Shown here: positions 1 to 9,683 of the stretch, one piece after another
Layout: every line of letters begins with the position of its first letter
Numbering within the stretch: the first letter of the stretch is position 1
Source: Verrucomicrobia bacterium UBA3624
GTDB taxonomy: Bacteria > Verrucomicrobiota > Kiritimatiellia > RFP12 > UBA1067
DNA length: 64,000 nucleotides
Reading direction: 5' to 3'
Assembly: GCA_002373695.1 (NCBI GenBank)
Contig: DFLH01000001.1
Coordinates: 114 to 64,113, forward strand
Made by a program: the position numbers and the translations under genes
The notes under the pieces: model-generated
Databases searched by the model: none
What the model was told of the DNA's origin: nothing
Seen by the model: only the letters and a program-made list of their open reading frames with translations

Positions 1-76
1 TGGCCTTGCCATGTTTCTTGTCCTTCCTGCCGACTTTGCGCCGGCGGGAAAGAGGATATCAGTTCCGCAAAACCGA

Positions 77-118
77 ATTGTCTCAAAATTGTCTCAAATT
101 TGTCTCAAAAATATCTCA
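77..118 (+). repeat. Four 11-bp-phased copies of GTCTCA(AA), starting at 80, 91 and 102, with a degenerate ATCTCA at 113
   Basis: Read directly: attGTCTCAAAattGTCTCAAAtttGTCTCAAAaatATCTCAtg. The period equals one helical turn. The array lies about 210 bp upstream of ATG 329. Confidence 0.85.
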
Positions 119-186
119 TGCGATTTGGGTTCTCCGAAGGGTCTGTCCCCACACGTTCCAATGTAGCAGATTATCATCTCCCGGTT

Positions 187-196
187 GGGGGGGGGG
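187..196 (+). repeat. Homopolymeric G10 tract in the upstream region of the first gene
   Basis: Read directly: ccggttGGGGGGGGGGaagaaaag. It lies 11 nt upstream of a TTGACG hexamer (208-213). Confidence 0.9.
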
Positions 197-328
197 AAGA
201 AAAGAGCTTGACGCTCATTCCAAAAAAAGATAGTGCCATTCTGATTTAGGATAGTGCATCTTCGGCAGGAATGCGGTATAATCCCAGTTGTTTTGCTGGG
301 GAAGTTTTACCGAAGAAAGGATGTCGGC

Positions 329-1519
329 ATGAAAAAGAACGTGATGCGGAAGTGTGGATGGGTGGCGGCCGTTGCGGCGGTGTGCTCGTCGTCGTGCGTT
401 GCCGTGGCGGCGGAGGCGACGCCGCTGGGCGTGCTTGACCCGGAGGACGCGACGGCGTATCTCACAGCTGGCGCGCAGATATTCAAGGGCGATCTCGTGA
501 AGCAGGGAAATGGCACGACCACGCTTTCGCTGGCGGACGTCCATACGGCCGGGGGACGGATCGTAGTGGCGGACGGTACGCTTGCCGTTTCTGGAGCTAC
601 GGCGGCGAACGATCCGGGGAAGCCATGGGGCGTCCTGTCGAACGCCGTCGTCTGGCTCGATGCATCTATGCCGGAAACGATCGGTTTCGTCGAAGGCTCG
701 TCCGTGAACGTGAGCGAGTGGCGCGACGTGCGCGAGACGGGTACCGGTTCCGCTTCCAGCCCGTACCTCTACCGCCGTGCCGTGGCATACACCAATATCG
801 GGCACTCTGCCACCTACGCGCCCGATCCGGCAGGCTGGTTCCCGGAATACGTTCCGGCGAACGGCGGCGAGAACGCGTACGTGGACTTCGGCCAGTATTC
901 GAGCGGCCGAATGGTACGGTTCCTTGACATATCCGGCAATGTGAGCGCGATATCAAACATGCGCCATGCGTTCGTGGTCTTAGGCACGCATGACGGCCAC
1001 TACGGTTTTCTGTTCAATCCAGGTTCCGGGAACGCCATATTCGTGCCGCAGTCGTATGGCAATCTCGTCAACTGCACCCCTGGCAAGTTCATCCAGCAGG
1101 CAGGAGGCTGGAGCGTGCTGTTGACGGGCGTGTTTCGCGTGGACGGAAAGGCCGTGGATCCGGTGAACGAGGCGGGACCTAATGGCGGATACCAGCTGCT
1201 GGACATTGCAGCCGGAAAGGACGGCTGGAATCCTGTCGGCTTGTTTTCCCACGACACCATCGCCAGCCAGGCGAACGGATATCGACAAGGTGGCGGACGA
1301 CTCTGCGAGGCGATTCTTTTCGACAAGCCGCTCGAGGAGAGGGACAGGCTGAAAATCGAAGCGTATCTCCGGTGGAAGTGGTTTGGGGCTGAAGTGGCCG
1401 CGCCGACATGCTTCGTGAACAAGGATGCAACGCTTGTAATCGACAATTCAAGGGGGGGGGTACAAAGATCTGACGGTTATCGGCAACGGTCCGGTAACGC
1501 TCGAAGCCGGAACGCTTGA
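329..1519 (+). CDS. Secreted LamG-like domain protein; N-terminal fragment of a gene interrupted at a G9 tract
   Basis: ATG 329 is preceded by AAAGGA. Signal peptide: MKKNVMRKCGWVAAVAAVCSSSCVAVAAEA. LamG-type domain ending: LCEAILFDKPLEERDRLKIEAYLRWKWFG. The frame terminates at 1519, shortly after the G9 tract. Confidence 0.75.
   Translation: MKKNVMRKCGWVAAVAAVCSSSCVAVAAEATPLGVLDPEDATAYLTAGAQIFKGDLVKQGNGTTTLSLADVHTAGGRIVVADGTLAVSGATAANDPGKPWGVLSNAVVWLDASMPETIGFVEGSSVNVSEWRDVRETGTGSASSPYLYRRAVAYTNIGHSATYAPDPAGWFPEYVPANGGENAYVDFGQYSSGRMVRFLDISGNVSAISNMRHAFVVLGTHDGHYGFLFNPGSGNAIFVPQSYGNLVNCTPGKFIQQAGGWSVLLTGVFRVDGKAVDPVNEAGPNGGYQLLDIAAGKDGWNPVGLFSHDTIASQANGYRQGGGRLCEAILFDKPLEERDRLKIEAYLRWKWFGAEVAAPTCFVNKDATLVIDNSRGGVQRSDGYRQRSGNARSRNA
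1452..1460 (+). repeat. Intragenic homopolymeric G9 tract at a frameshift point
   Basis: Read directly: aattcaaGGGGGGGGGtacaaag. The reading frame of ORF 254-1519 and that of ORF 1533-3575 meet here. Confidence 0.9.
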
Positions 1520-1532
1520 CACTGCCGATCCG

Positions 1533-3575
1533 GTGGCGCTGACGGTGGCGGAGGGTACGACATACAACGCCATGACAGGCGGGGTGGAACGCGTGTCCGG
1601 CGGCGGTTCTTCGTTTGTAAAGACAGGTGATGGCGAGATGGTGGTGCAGAAGGTTTCTGACGGCCTCGTCAAGATCGATGTGCGGGACGGCGTCTTGCGT
1701 CTGCGGCAGGACATGATTTCTCCGTTCTCCGTTCCCGCCAATCTGTGCGGTTACATCGAGGATCCGTCGTTCGAGGCGTTTTCGGACACGACTGTCCCGA
1801 GTCCCGGTCTTTATCTGGATTCTACAGGCAAGCACGGATGGAAGACGTACGGGAGCCATGAGAAGGGAAACGTCGCGAAATGGCAGACAGGCGGCGGTTA
1901 CTTCAACATGGCGGGAATACCGTATCCCGACGGGATCTATGTGGGCGTGTTGCATATCCGCGGTGGCTTGCAGACGACGGTGACGCTTCCGGCGGATGGC
2001 GTCTACAGGCTGTCCTACTGGGTGGCACAACGTCCAAACTATAAAGGGCACGAGCATCGCGTCCTGATCGACGGCATGCCCGTTGCGGAGGTCAAGGCGT
2101 GGGATTCGTCGTGCAACTGGCATCTCGTGTCGTTTCGCCTGCCTCGACTTGCCGCCGGCGAACATACGCTGGTCTTGGCAAGCGACGACAACAACAGCAC
2201 GGCGACGCGCACGGTCGATTTCTCCGTCACGGACAATATAATGTCCACTGGCAATCTCGTAGCACTTGTCGACGACTTCCACGTGGACTGGATAGAGCCG
2301 GGGGATGGGCAGGTGGCAATCAGCAACGCGAGTTTCGAGGTGACTTCGTTCAGTGCGCGTGGCTACGAAAAGAACCCGGAAGACCTGGGCGGATGGGTGC
2401 TGGGGCCTGTGGACGAGACTAACTATGTCGTCCTTGAGCAGACATGGAACGGGCGGCCTACATTGCATCCGGCATCGGACGGATGCCGTATCCTGAATCT
2501 TGTCAACCAGGTGCATGTCGGGCAGGACGTGACATTCCCTAAGGCCGGGACTTATACCTTGACGCTGGTGGCGGGTTCCGCCGCAGGGAACGATATCGCA
2601 AGCTATCCAGGCAAACTCCGGTTCATGCTGGGCGAGACGGAGATCGGCGCGCTTGAACTCCAGACGAACGGCAAAGCATCGATCATGAAGACGTTCAACC
2701 TCCAGTTTGCCGTGCCGGAGGCCAACTACACTGCCAGGCTTTACATTGCGAACATCAGAGGCGGATCCATCGTTTCCGTAGACGACATCAGGATATCTGC
2801 ATTCGAACCGGGAGTGAATGTGGTTGCCGAAAACTCGTTTGCCTCTACGGGATGGAGCGTGTACGAACCGGAATCGGACATTCATGACGGATCGGGGAAA
2901 GTAGAATGGTTGCCACAGGCGCTTTCCGATGTCGCCTGGGGTCCTGTGACATATGGAGAAGACGGCAACCGTGCCGGAATCCGCAACAACGCCTCGATCT
3001 GGCGCACGGTGGCGTTTCCTGCCGCCGGGACGTACCGGCTGTCCGTCGCGTCCATCGGGCGCTTCTACCGCTACAACGACTCGCATCTGACCGATCCCGG
3101 CATTCTGACGCGTTACAGCGGCAACGCGTTCAACGCCTGGGTGGCGAAGGGCGGCGTTACGAACGTGGTCGGCACGTTCGGCGTGGACGACCGCGAAAGG
3201 TTCGTGACGCACCGGTTCCTGTTCGAGCTGCCGGAGGGCGGCAACTGGGAGGTGGGCTTCAGCGGGCTGAAGGAGTCGGAGCACAAGGTTGCCGGGAGCA
3301 ATACCTGGTACAGCAACGGCGGCGTGCTGGACGGCCTGGTGATCGAAAAGGTGACGGCGGCGGCGAAACCGGGCGTTCCGGAGACGGTGGAGATCGACGT
3401 GGCCGAGAGGGCCGTGCTGGCGCTTGACTATCTGGGGACGAACAAGGTTGCCGCCGTGCGCTATGCGGGGCGGAACTATTCCGGGGAAATCAATGCGGTC
3501 ACATGCCCGGCGTTTATCACCGGCGCGGGGGTGTTGTACGTGCAGCCGAAGGGCACGGTGCTAATGTTCCGCTAA
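1533..3575 (+). CDS. C-terminal fragment of the same surface-protein gene: beta-strand repeat region plus three CBM/jelly-roll-like modules
   Basis: This frame is open upstream back to the G9 tract (YKDLTVIGNGPVTLEAGTLDTADPVALTVAEG...). Three modules each start with a P-A-(D/G)-G-x-Y-x-L motif (LPADGVYRLSYW, FPKAGTYTLTLV, FPAAGTYRLSVA). The first two end with VDDF/VDDI. The coordinates follow the GTG start in the ORF track. Confidence 0.75.
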   Translation: MALTVAEGTTYNAMTGGVERVSGGGSSFVKTGDGEMVVQKVSDGLVKIDVRDGVLRLRQDMISPFSVPANLCGYIEDPSFEAFSDTTVPSPGLYLDSTGKHGWKTYGSHEKGNVAKWQTGGGYFNMAGIPYPDGIYVGVLHIRGGLQTTVTLPADGVYRLSYWVAQRPNYKGHEHRVLIDGMPVAEVKAWDSSCNWHLVSFRLPRLAAGEHTLVLASDDNNSTATRTVDFSVTDNIMSTGNLVALVDDFHVDWIEPGDGQVAISNASFEVTSFSARGYEKNPEDLGGWVLGPVDETNYVVLEQTWNGRPTLHPASDGCRILNLVNQVHVGQDVTFPKAGTYTLTLVAGSAAGNDIASYPGKLRFMLGETEIGALELQTNGKASIMKTFNLQFAVPEANYTARLYIANIRGGSIVSVDDIRISAFEPGVNVVAENSFASTGWSVYEPESDIHDGSGKVEWLPQALSDVAWGPVTYGEDGNRAGIRNNASIWRTVAFPAAGTYRLSVASIGRFYRYNDSHLTDPGILTRYSGNAFNAWVAKGGVTNVVGTFGVDDRERFVTHRFLFELPEGGNWEVGFSGLKESEHKVAGSNTWYSNGGVLDGLVIEKVTAAAKPGVPETVEIDVAERAVLALDYLGTNKVAAVRYAGRNYSGEINAVTCPAFITGAGVLYVQPKGTVLMFR

Positions 3576-3585
3576 GGAGTGGCTT

Positions 3586-6468
3586 ATGTTGTTGCGAACC
3601 ATGGTGCCGGTTGTCGCATATGCGATGGCCGCAGGGAAATTGTCGGCCGCGGAACTTCTCTTCCATGCGCCTTTTGACGGGTCGTCTGTGGCGGCCTCGG
3701 CAAGGGGCGAGGCGCGTCCGCAGATCGCGCGAGGGCTGGAATACGCGCCGGGCGTGGATGGGCAGGCCGTGCGCCTGACGGCGAAGGCGAAGAGCGTGCT
3801 GCAGTACGCCCTTGCCGGCAACGTGCTGCCGGAAAAGGGGGCAGTGTCTTTGTGGGTGAAGCGCGAATGGCCGGATGAAGGAAACAGTCCGGAAGGGAAG
3901 GAGATATGGCGGACTATGTTTTCGTTTCCCGAGCCGTGCAAGAGGTTTGGATCCGGCTCTCTTTCCCTGTGGTGGTGGGGATCGAAATTGCGTTGCGACA
4001 TCACGGACCGTGGCCACACGCATATCAGCAGGAACGGCGTTCCTCCGCCTGACGGGAAATGGGAACATGTCGTCTTTACCTGGGATGAAGATGCGAAGGA
4101 GGCGCATCTATACCGGAACGGACGAAATATGCATTATCATTCCGACGATACCGGACCGATGGCAAGGGTTGTAAGAAAGAAGACTGGGCTGCCGTTCACA
4201 TTCGACAGGCCGGGGTTCGACAGATTTTTCGTCGGATGTCTGGGCGACGGGCAACGAGTGGAGGGGCTTGTGGACGATTTCCGCATCTACGCCGAGGCGC
4301 TTTCGGATGCGGAGGTCATGGCGCTCTTCAGCGAGCATTCCCAACTTGCGGAACCGCCGCAGGAGAAGCCCGACTATGCCGCGTTGTTCGCCAACGACGG
4401 ACCGAATCCGCACGAGGGCGGGGAGCGTCTGGACCTTGAGTTCGTGGCGGAGTACCGCTTCGACGCGGAGTCGATGGCGCGCTACCGCCGGGAGAAGCGG
4501 TTCCGGTCCGTCGGCGACGTGTCGGAGAAGTCGCTGTGCGGCGTTCCGTATCTGGAGGCGGGGACGAACCTCAACGACCGGTTCGCGTTCATGTTCGACA
4601 TCGATCCGTCCGTGCCGCTCTACTGCTTCGACTTCGTCTATCCCGACGACGCAAAGCGCACGTGCGACCTGCTCGTGCAGTTCAAGGAGGCGCATGGCGA
4701 CGACTATGCCCTCCAGGTGGGCTATTTCACGGGCGATGAATATCCGAACACGGGGAAGATGCTCACGCACCGGTGCCTGTACTGGACGACGCCGGGGCAG
4801 GGCGAGCTGGCGATGATCGCGATGACGGCGCGCGCAGGCGTCCCCGCCGCGCTCGCGGCGTTGCGCGTCCACAAGGTGAAGGACGCGAAGCTACCGCCGC
4901 TCGCCGTGCGCGAGCCCAAGCCGGCGGGAGACTGGAACCGGATGTTCGGGATGTGCTGGGAGGATCCCGCCATCGGCTACGACTTCGGCACCGGCGGGCA
5001 CGGCGCGAAGGAGATTTCCGCGCTCGTCGACCGCACCGCCGCCTACATGAAGTACTGCGGGCAGAACGTGTTCTGCTATCCGGGCGTCTGGTACCAGGGG
5101 CTGATCGGGGAGAACTACAATCCGCGCAGCCACGCGCCCGACTTCCTCTCGGCGTGGTATGAGAAGTTCGACAAGGAGGGGTTGTTCTTCGTTCCGAACG
5201 TCAACGCGAACAACATGGAAATCCCTGCGGGCCTGGTGACGATGGACACGATGACGAACGGCGCGCTGCACGCCACGCCCATCGCGATCCACGACACGGG
5301 CAGGCCCAACTGGGGCGGCTGGCACAACTCGCCGCCAAACTTCAACTTCATCCACCCGGACGTGCAGGCGCAGATCGGGCGGCACATCGACGCGCTCCTC
5401 GACCAGGGGGCGACGCATCCGAGTTTCAAGGGCGTGTGCATATACCTCACCATGCACAGCATGAACTGGTTCGGCGACATCCGCAGCGGATACAACGACT
5501 ACGCCGTGCGGGCTTTCGCAAAAGACAAGGGTCTGGACATTCCGATCGATGCGACCGATCCGATGCGTGGCCGCGCCAGCGCGAAATGGATTCGTGAACA
5601 TGCGCTTGACGCGTGGGTGCAGTGGCGGTGCGACCAGGTGACGCGCTTCTATGCGCGGATAGCCGAGAAGCTGCGCGCGCGACGTCCCGACTTGAAGCTG
5701 TGGCTGAACAGCTTCGTGCAGCCGGACTGGAACTGGCCGGACTTCATGGAGGACGGTTTCATGGAACGCCAGGCAAGGGAAGGCGGGCTGGACCGCGCGG
5801 CGCTCGCCGCCATCCCCAACCTCATCCTCTGCCAGACGCAGCTTCCCGCGTTCTGCCGCAAGCGCGACCGCAGGCTGTTCCCGAACGACGAGACGTATGC
5901 GTTCAACCGCGTGCTGCAGACGAAGCCCGGCTTCTTCGCGCTTTTGAAGGACGCGCGCTTCCCGTGGATCAACCAGCACGACCTCTACTGGGAGAACCCC
6001 GTTGGACGCGAGAAGGGTGAGTTGAACGGCGATGGGTTCGTCGAGACCAAATGGCGCGTCACGACGATCAACCCGTCCGGCTACCACGCCCTGCGGGATT
6101 TCGTCCTGCCGCTCCGTTTCGGCGACGTGCTGGGCATGTCGAAGGGCGGATATCTCGTGGGCACCTACGGCATGGAGGAGCATCTGCGCGCGTTCGCCGC
6201 CGCGTACCGGGCGCTGCCGGCCGTGGTGATGAAGGAGATTGGACGGAAGGGAAATGTGGTGTTGCGCCATGCGGACTACGACGGAGAGTCGTACTTCTAC
6301 GTGGTGAACACGGGTCTTGCGCCGATGATGGTAAAGCTCGCCGTTCCTCCCGGGACCAGAAATCTCGTGACCGGGGAATGTGCGAGCGGTGACGTCTTGG
6401 AAATGGAACTGGGGACGTATCAGCTGGTCGGCTTTGCAGCTGGAGCAGGGAGGCCCGCAATCAGGTGA
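3586..6468 (+). CDS. LamG-domain protein fused to a putative glycoside-hydrolase-like TIM-barrel region
   Basis: TAAGGAG lies 6 nt upstream of the ATG. N-terminal signal-like segment: MLLRTMVPVVAYAMAAG. LamG signature: LVDDFRIYAEALSDAEVMALF. The C-terminal 650 aa resemble GHL10/GH42-like hydrolases (GVCIYLTMHSMNWFGD..., WVQWRCDQVTRFYARIAEKLR). The family was not verified. Confidence 0.55.
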   Translation: MLLRTMVPVVAYAMAAGKLSAAELLFHAPFDGSSVAASARGEARPQIARGLEYAPGVDGQAVRLTAKAKSVLQYALAGNVLPEKGAVSLWVKREWPDEGNSPEGKEIWRTMFSFPEPCKRFGSGSLSLWWWGSKLRCDITDRGHTHISRNGVPPPDGKWEHVVFTWDEDAKEAHLYRNGRNMHYHSDDTGPMARVVRKKTGLPFTFDRPGFDRFFVGCLGDGQRVEGLVDDFRIYAEALSDAEVMALFSEHSQLAEPPQEKPDYAALFANDGPNPHEGGERLDLEFVAEYRFDAESMARYRREKRFRSVGDVSEKSLCGVPYLEAGTNLNDRFAFMFDIDPSVPLYCFDFVYPDDAKRTCDLLVQFKEAHGDDYALQVGYFTGDEYPNTGKMLTHRCLYWTTPGQGELAMIAMTARAGVPAALAALRVHKVKDAKLPPLAVREPKPAGDWNRMFGMCWEDPAIGYDFGTGGHGAKEISALVDRTAAYMKYCGQNVFCYPGVWYQGLIGENYNPRSHAPDFLSAWYEKFDKEGLFFVPNVNANNMEIPAGLVTMDTMTNGALHATPIAIHDTGRPNWGGWHNSPPNFNFIHPDVQAQIGRHIDALLDQGATHPSFKGVCIYLTMHSMNWFGDIRSGYNDYAVRAFAKDKGLDIPIDATDPMRGRASAKWIREHALDAWVQWRCDQVTRFYARIAEKLRARRPDLKLWLNSFVQPDWNWPDFMEDGFMERQAREGGLDRAALAAIPNLILCQTQLPAFCRKRDRRLFPNDETYAFNRVLQTKPGFFALLKDARFPWINQHDLYWENPVGREKGELNGDGFVETKWRVTTINPSGYHALRDFVLPLRFGDVLGMSKGGYLVGTYGMEEHLRAFAAAYRALPAVVMKEIGRKGNVVLRHADYDGESYFYVVNTGLAPMMVKLAVPPGTRNLVTGECASGDVLEMELGTYQLVGFAAGAGRPAIR

Positions 6469-6478
6469 AGCCAGGCAG

Positions 6479-7183
6479 ATGAGGCGTTGTGTTCTTAACG
6501 TTCGCGGATGTCTTGCGGTCCTGTGCCTGTCGATGGCGGCGGCGAAAGCATGTGCGCGAAGCACGACAGGTTCGCAGTTCGGCGTATACGGCAACACGCC
6601 TGTCGGCACGAACGGACTGTTTTCGGCGACGATATACGGAGAGACGCATCTCGTCTCCAAGCAGCCGGATTCCGTCTATTCGCATTTCAGCCTGGACTGG
6701 CATTTGTCGCCATGCTGCGCTCTTGCGCTGTGCGACCGGCTGGTGTTCGTGCGGCGCGCGCAGACGGCGCGTCATCACGGGCATACATGGATACGCGACA
6801 ACCGTACAGGATTCGATGTCACGCTTACGGCCCGTCGGTACGGGTGGACATTCGTCACAAGGCCGCGCGTGTTCTACCGGCAAATAGAGGATTCGGACGA
6901 TTTCATGCGCTACGGCAGCAGGAACATAGTCTTTGCTCCGTGGCACTGGACTTCGCTGGGAATCACCCCGTATGGTTTCTTCGAATGGTTTCTCGACGAC
7001 AATCCTGCGGCGCGAAAGAACGACAAGTTCGACCTCTACATCTTCCATCACGGTCTTTCTTTCAAGGTGAACGAAAATGCCCGGCTTCTCGTCTATTACG
7101 AACTGCAGATGGGAAAGAGCATCGTGACACACGACTGGGCGCCCGGGCATACGTTCGGCGTGTTCTACATCTGGAGGTTCTGA
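6479..7183 (+). CDS. Putative outer-membrane beta-barrel protein (possibly DUF2490-like)
   Basis: The internal ATG at 6479 gives a signal peptide MRRCVLNVRGCLAVLCLSMAAAKA. The sequence has an alternating aromatic/hydrophilic pattern. The C-terminus FGVFYIWRF ends in Phe, as is typical of OMPs. Confidence 0.5.
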   Translation: MRRCVLNVRGCLAVLCLSMAAAKACARSTTGSQFGVYGNTPVGTNGLFSATIYGETHLVSKQPDSVYSHFSLDWHLSPCCALALCDRLVFVRRAQTARHHGHTWIRDNRTGFDVTLTARRYGWTFVTRPRVFYRQIEDSDDFMRYGSRNIVFAPWHWTSLGITPYGFFEWFLDDNPAARKNDKFDLYIFHHGLSFKVNENARLLVYYELQMGKSIVTHDWAPGHTFGVFYIWRF

Positions 7184-7253
7184 AGCGACCGTCTTGCCGC
7201 ACCGCGTGAATCCTGGTAGGATCGAAAACTTAAGCAATGTAGCGAGGAGTACA

Positions 7254-9404
7254 ATGAAAAAAGAGACAATGTCCTTCAAGGCGGGCCGCCTTTTTCCCGT
7301 CTGCCTTTTGATGGCGGCGAGCGCTTCGGCCGCGATGATGGCGTCAAACTCCTACTACCGGGTGGAATGCGAGACTGTCGACGGCGTCACGCGGCTGGCG
7401 CATCTCGTGAAGGTGCAGAAGGTCGGCGACGTATCAGTGCCGGGCACGTGGACCGTGGATGGCGGCTCCGGCGCCGTCGCATTCGAGAACGGGCGCATCG
7501 TCGTGAAGGGGAAGATCGCGTTCGACGCGGGCGGCGCGGCGTTTGAGCTGACGGGACGCGGCGTGACGTTTGGCGACGGGGCAGGCCGCTGGCAGATCGG
7601 GCTCGACGGCAAGCGGACGAACGTGACGAAGAACGGTTTCACGCTGGAGCCGCACCCGAACACGCCCGGCGGCGTGACGTGGCTCGACTTCACGTGGCAG
7701 AGCGTGCCGCCCGCGCTCGATCCCGCGCAGCTCGCGATCAACCGGGGGCGCCGGCTCAAGTTCATGCATCCTCTCCCGCGCCTGCGGAACGGCCCCGTGC
7801 AGTGCAGCGTGAACAACAATCCCGAACTCGCCGTGCCGGGCGTGCTGACGGCGCAGGGAAAGGACATCGGCTTCTTCATGAAGACGCTGCGCGACGTGGT
7901 GGCGGCGAACCGGCGGCTCGTCTTCCTGGACGGCAAGGCGATCGTCTGCAACCACAACTGGATCCGCGACCACGCGCACCAGATGAAGGGCTGGTGCCAC
8001 TGGGAGCGCGACTGCCTTTCATTCCTCCAGCTGATCATCGACACGCAGCGGGCGGACGGCATGTTCTACGAGCTCGTCAAGCAGCTGGACGACGGACACT
8101 GGACGATGGTGGACGACACGAGCCGCATGCTGTTCCCCGAGGACAACCTGGCGCTCGCACGTCTCGACCTGGAGGCGGACGTGGAGTACGTGACGGTCGA
8201 GGCCGCGCACCTCTACTGGCGGATGACGGGCGACGACCGGTGGATGGCATCCGTGCTGCCCAAGCTTGAGAAGGCCATCGACTGGCAGACGAGCGATCCG
8301 CGGCACTGGAACGCGGAATACGGCCTCTGCATACGTCCGTTCACGATCGACACGTGGGACTTCGTGCCTATGGCCTCCACGGGGCCGGACCGCCGCATCC
8401 ACCCGTGGGAGCCGATGCCCGCCTTCCACGGCGACAACACGGGCGTGTGGCAGGCGATGCACCAGCTCGCCGCGATGAACGAACGCCTGGGGATCGCCGA
8501 CCGGGCGGCGTCCTGGCGTCGGCGCGCGAACACTCTCAAGGCGAACATCTTCAAGCACCTCTGGAACGGCAGGTTCTTCATCCACCAGAAGTTCCTCGGT
8601 ACGGACAAGGGCATCGACGACAAGGAGGGCGAACGACTGTCGCTTTCGGACGCCTACGCGCTCAACCGGGGCATCCTCACGCTCGGGCAGAAGCGGTCGG
8701 TTGTAGAGGAATACCTGCGGCGGCGCACGACCACGGGCGCGTTCGCCGAATGGTTTACGGTCGATCCGCCGTACGAGCCGACGTTCGGTTCGCACAAGGC
8801 CGGCACCTACGTGAACGGGGCGATCTCGCCGTTCACGGCGGGCGAGCTCGCGAAGGGCGCGTTCGGGTGCGGCTACGAGGCGTACGGCTGGGACATCCTC
8901 CAGCGGTTCATGAAGATGGTGGAGAAGGACGGCGCCGTCTACTTCCTCTACAATCCCAAGGGGGGCAATTCCACTACGGCGTATCTTGGGCCGAGCGCCT
9001 GGGGTGCTGCCGCGCTCCTGAGCGCTGTGGACGAGGGACTCGCCGGCATCGTCAACGCTGGCTTCGGCTACGACGAGATCGCATTCTCCCCGCGCTGGCC
9101 CGTGACGCCGTACCGCGAGCTGCGCTACATGACGGGCTACGAGAGCGTCGGGCGCTACGTGGGTTGCCGGTACGTCCAGACGGACGAAGGGTTCCGCTAC
9201 CATCTGCGCAGTCCGGCGAAGAAGATCAAGGCGCATCTGCTCGTGCCCATCGGCAAGACGCCGAAAGTCCTGCTTGTAAACGGCACAGAGACACCCTTCG
9301 CGCTTTCAACAGTCGGCGAATCTCGGTACGTGGACGTTTTCGTGTACGTTGACGCTGTCGTTGCACGACGGGACGGACCGGTCGATTTTGAGGTGTTGTA
9401 CTGA
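7254..9404 (+). CDS. Secreted glycoside-hydrolase-like protein (probable (alpha/alpha)6 fold); paralog of 12001-13776 with an extra N-terminal domain
   Basis: The ATG at 7254 gives MKKETMSFKAGRLFPVCLLMAASASAAMMA. The protein shares long blocks with the paralog: NWIRDHAHQMKGWCHWERD, TQRADGMFYELVKQLDD, YVNGAISPFTAGELAKGAF and PSAWGAAALLSAVDEGLAG. Confidence 0.6.
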   Translation: MKKETMSFKAGRLFPVCLLMAASASAAMMASNSYYRVECETVDGVTRLAHLVKVQKVGDVSVPGTWTVDGGSGAVAFENGRIVVKGKIAFDAGGAAFELTGRGVTFGDGAGRWQIGLDGKRTNVTKNGFTLEPHPNTPGGVTWLDFTWQSVPPALDPAQLAINRGRRLKFMHPLPRLRNGPVQCSVNNNPELAVPGVLTAQGKDIGFFMKTLRDVVAANRRLVFLDGKAIVCNHNWIRDHAHQMKGWCHWERDCLSFLQLIIDTQRADGMFYELVKQLDDGHWTMVDDTSRMLFPEDNLALARLDLEADVEYVTVEAAHLYWRMTGDDRWMASVLPKLEKAIDWQTSDPRHWNAEYGLCIRPFTIDTWDFVPMASTGPDRRIHPWEPMPAFHGDNTGVWQAMHQLAAMNERLGIADRAASWRRRANTLKANIFKHLWNGRFFIHQKFLGTDKGIDDKEGERLSLSDAYALNRGILTLGQKRSVVEEYLRRRTTTGAFAEWFTVDPPYEPTFGSHKAGTYVNGAISPFTAGELAKGAFGCGYEAYGWDILQRFMKMVEKDGAVYFLYNPKGGNSTTAYLGPSAWGAAALLSAVDEGLAGIVNAGFGYDEIAFSPRWPVTPYRELRYMTGYESVGRYVGCRYVQTDEGFRYHLRSPAKKIKAHLLVPIGKTPKVLLVNGTETPFALSTVGESRYVDVFVYVDAVVARRDGPVDFEVLY

Positions 9405-9443
9405 ACCTAAATTCCTCATTTCGATTTACCACTCCATGTTATA

Positions 9444-9623
9444 TCTCACGCAGAGGCGCGGAGAGGCAGAGTTCGCAGAGTTTATCCCCATTGCTTGAGA
9501 ATGTATTTGTTTTCACCAATTGGGTGAAAGAACTTTCCGAGATTCTTCTTGTCATGGTTTTCTTTTCCATCGGATATCTGAACTTTCTCTGCGCTCTCCG
9601 CCTCTCTGCACCTCTGCGTGAGA
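9444..9623. repeat. MITE-like element: roughly 30-bp imperfect terminal inverted repeats flanking a central hairpin
   Basis: TCTCACGCAGAGG (9444-9456) is the exact reverse complement of CCTCTGCGTGAGA (9611-9623). The arms extend imperfectly inward (GCGGAGAGGCAGAG vs GCGGAGAGCGCAGAG). A central palindrome TTCACC-aattg-GGTGAA is present. The surrounding intergenic region is AT-rich. Confidence 0.6.
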
Positions 9624-9683
9624 CATTCAACCGAGGATTTTAGGCTGAAAGCATCCCCCGCAGTTTAAGCGAAGGAGACAAAC

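Noticed and set aside
6-233. A 75-aa ORF at the left edge of the window.
   Set aside because: It spans the phased repeats and the G10 tract, has no RBS, and its product is Arg/Cys-rich. The region reads better as regulatory DNA.
9439-9630. A 63-aa minus-strand ORF covering the inverted-repeat element.
   Set aside because: It is coextensive with the palindromic element, so its ends are dictated by the repeats. No RBS or family resemblance was seen.
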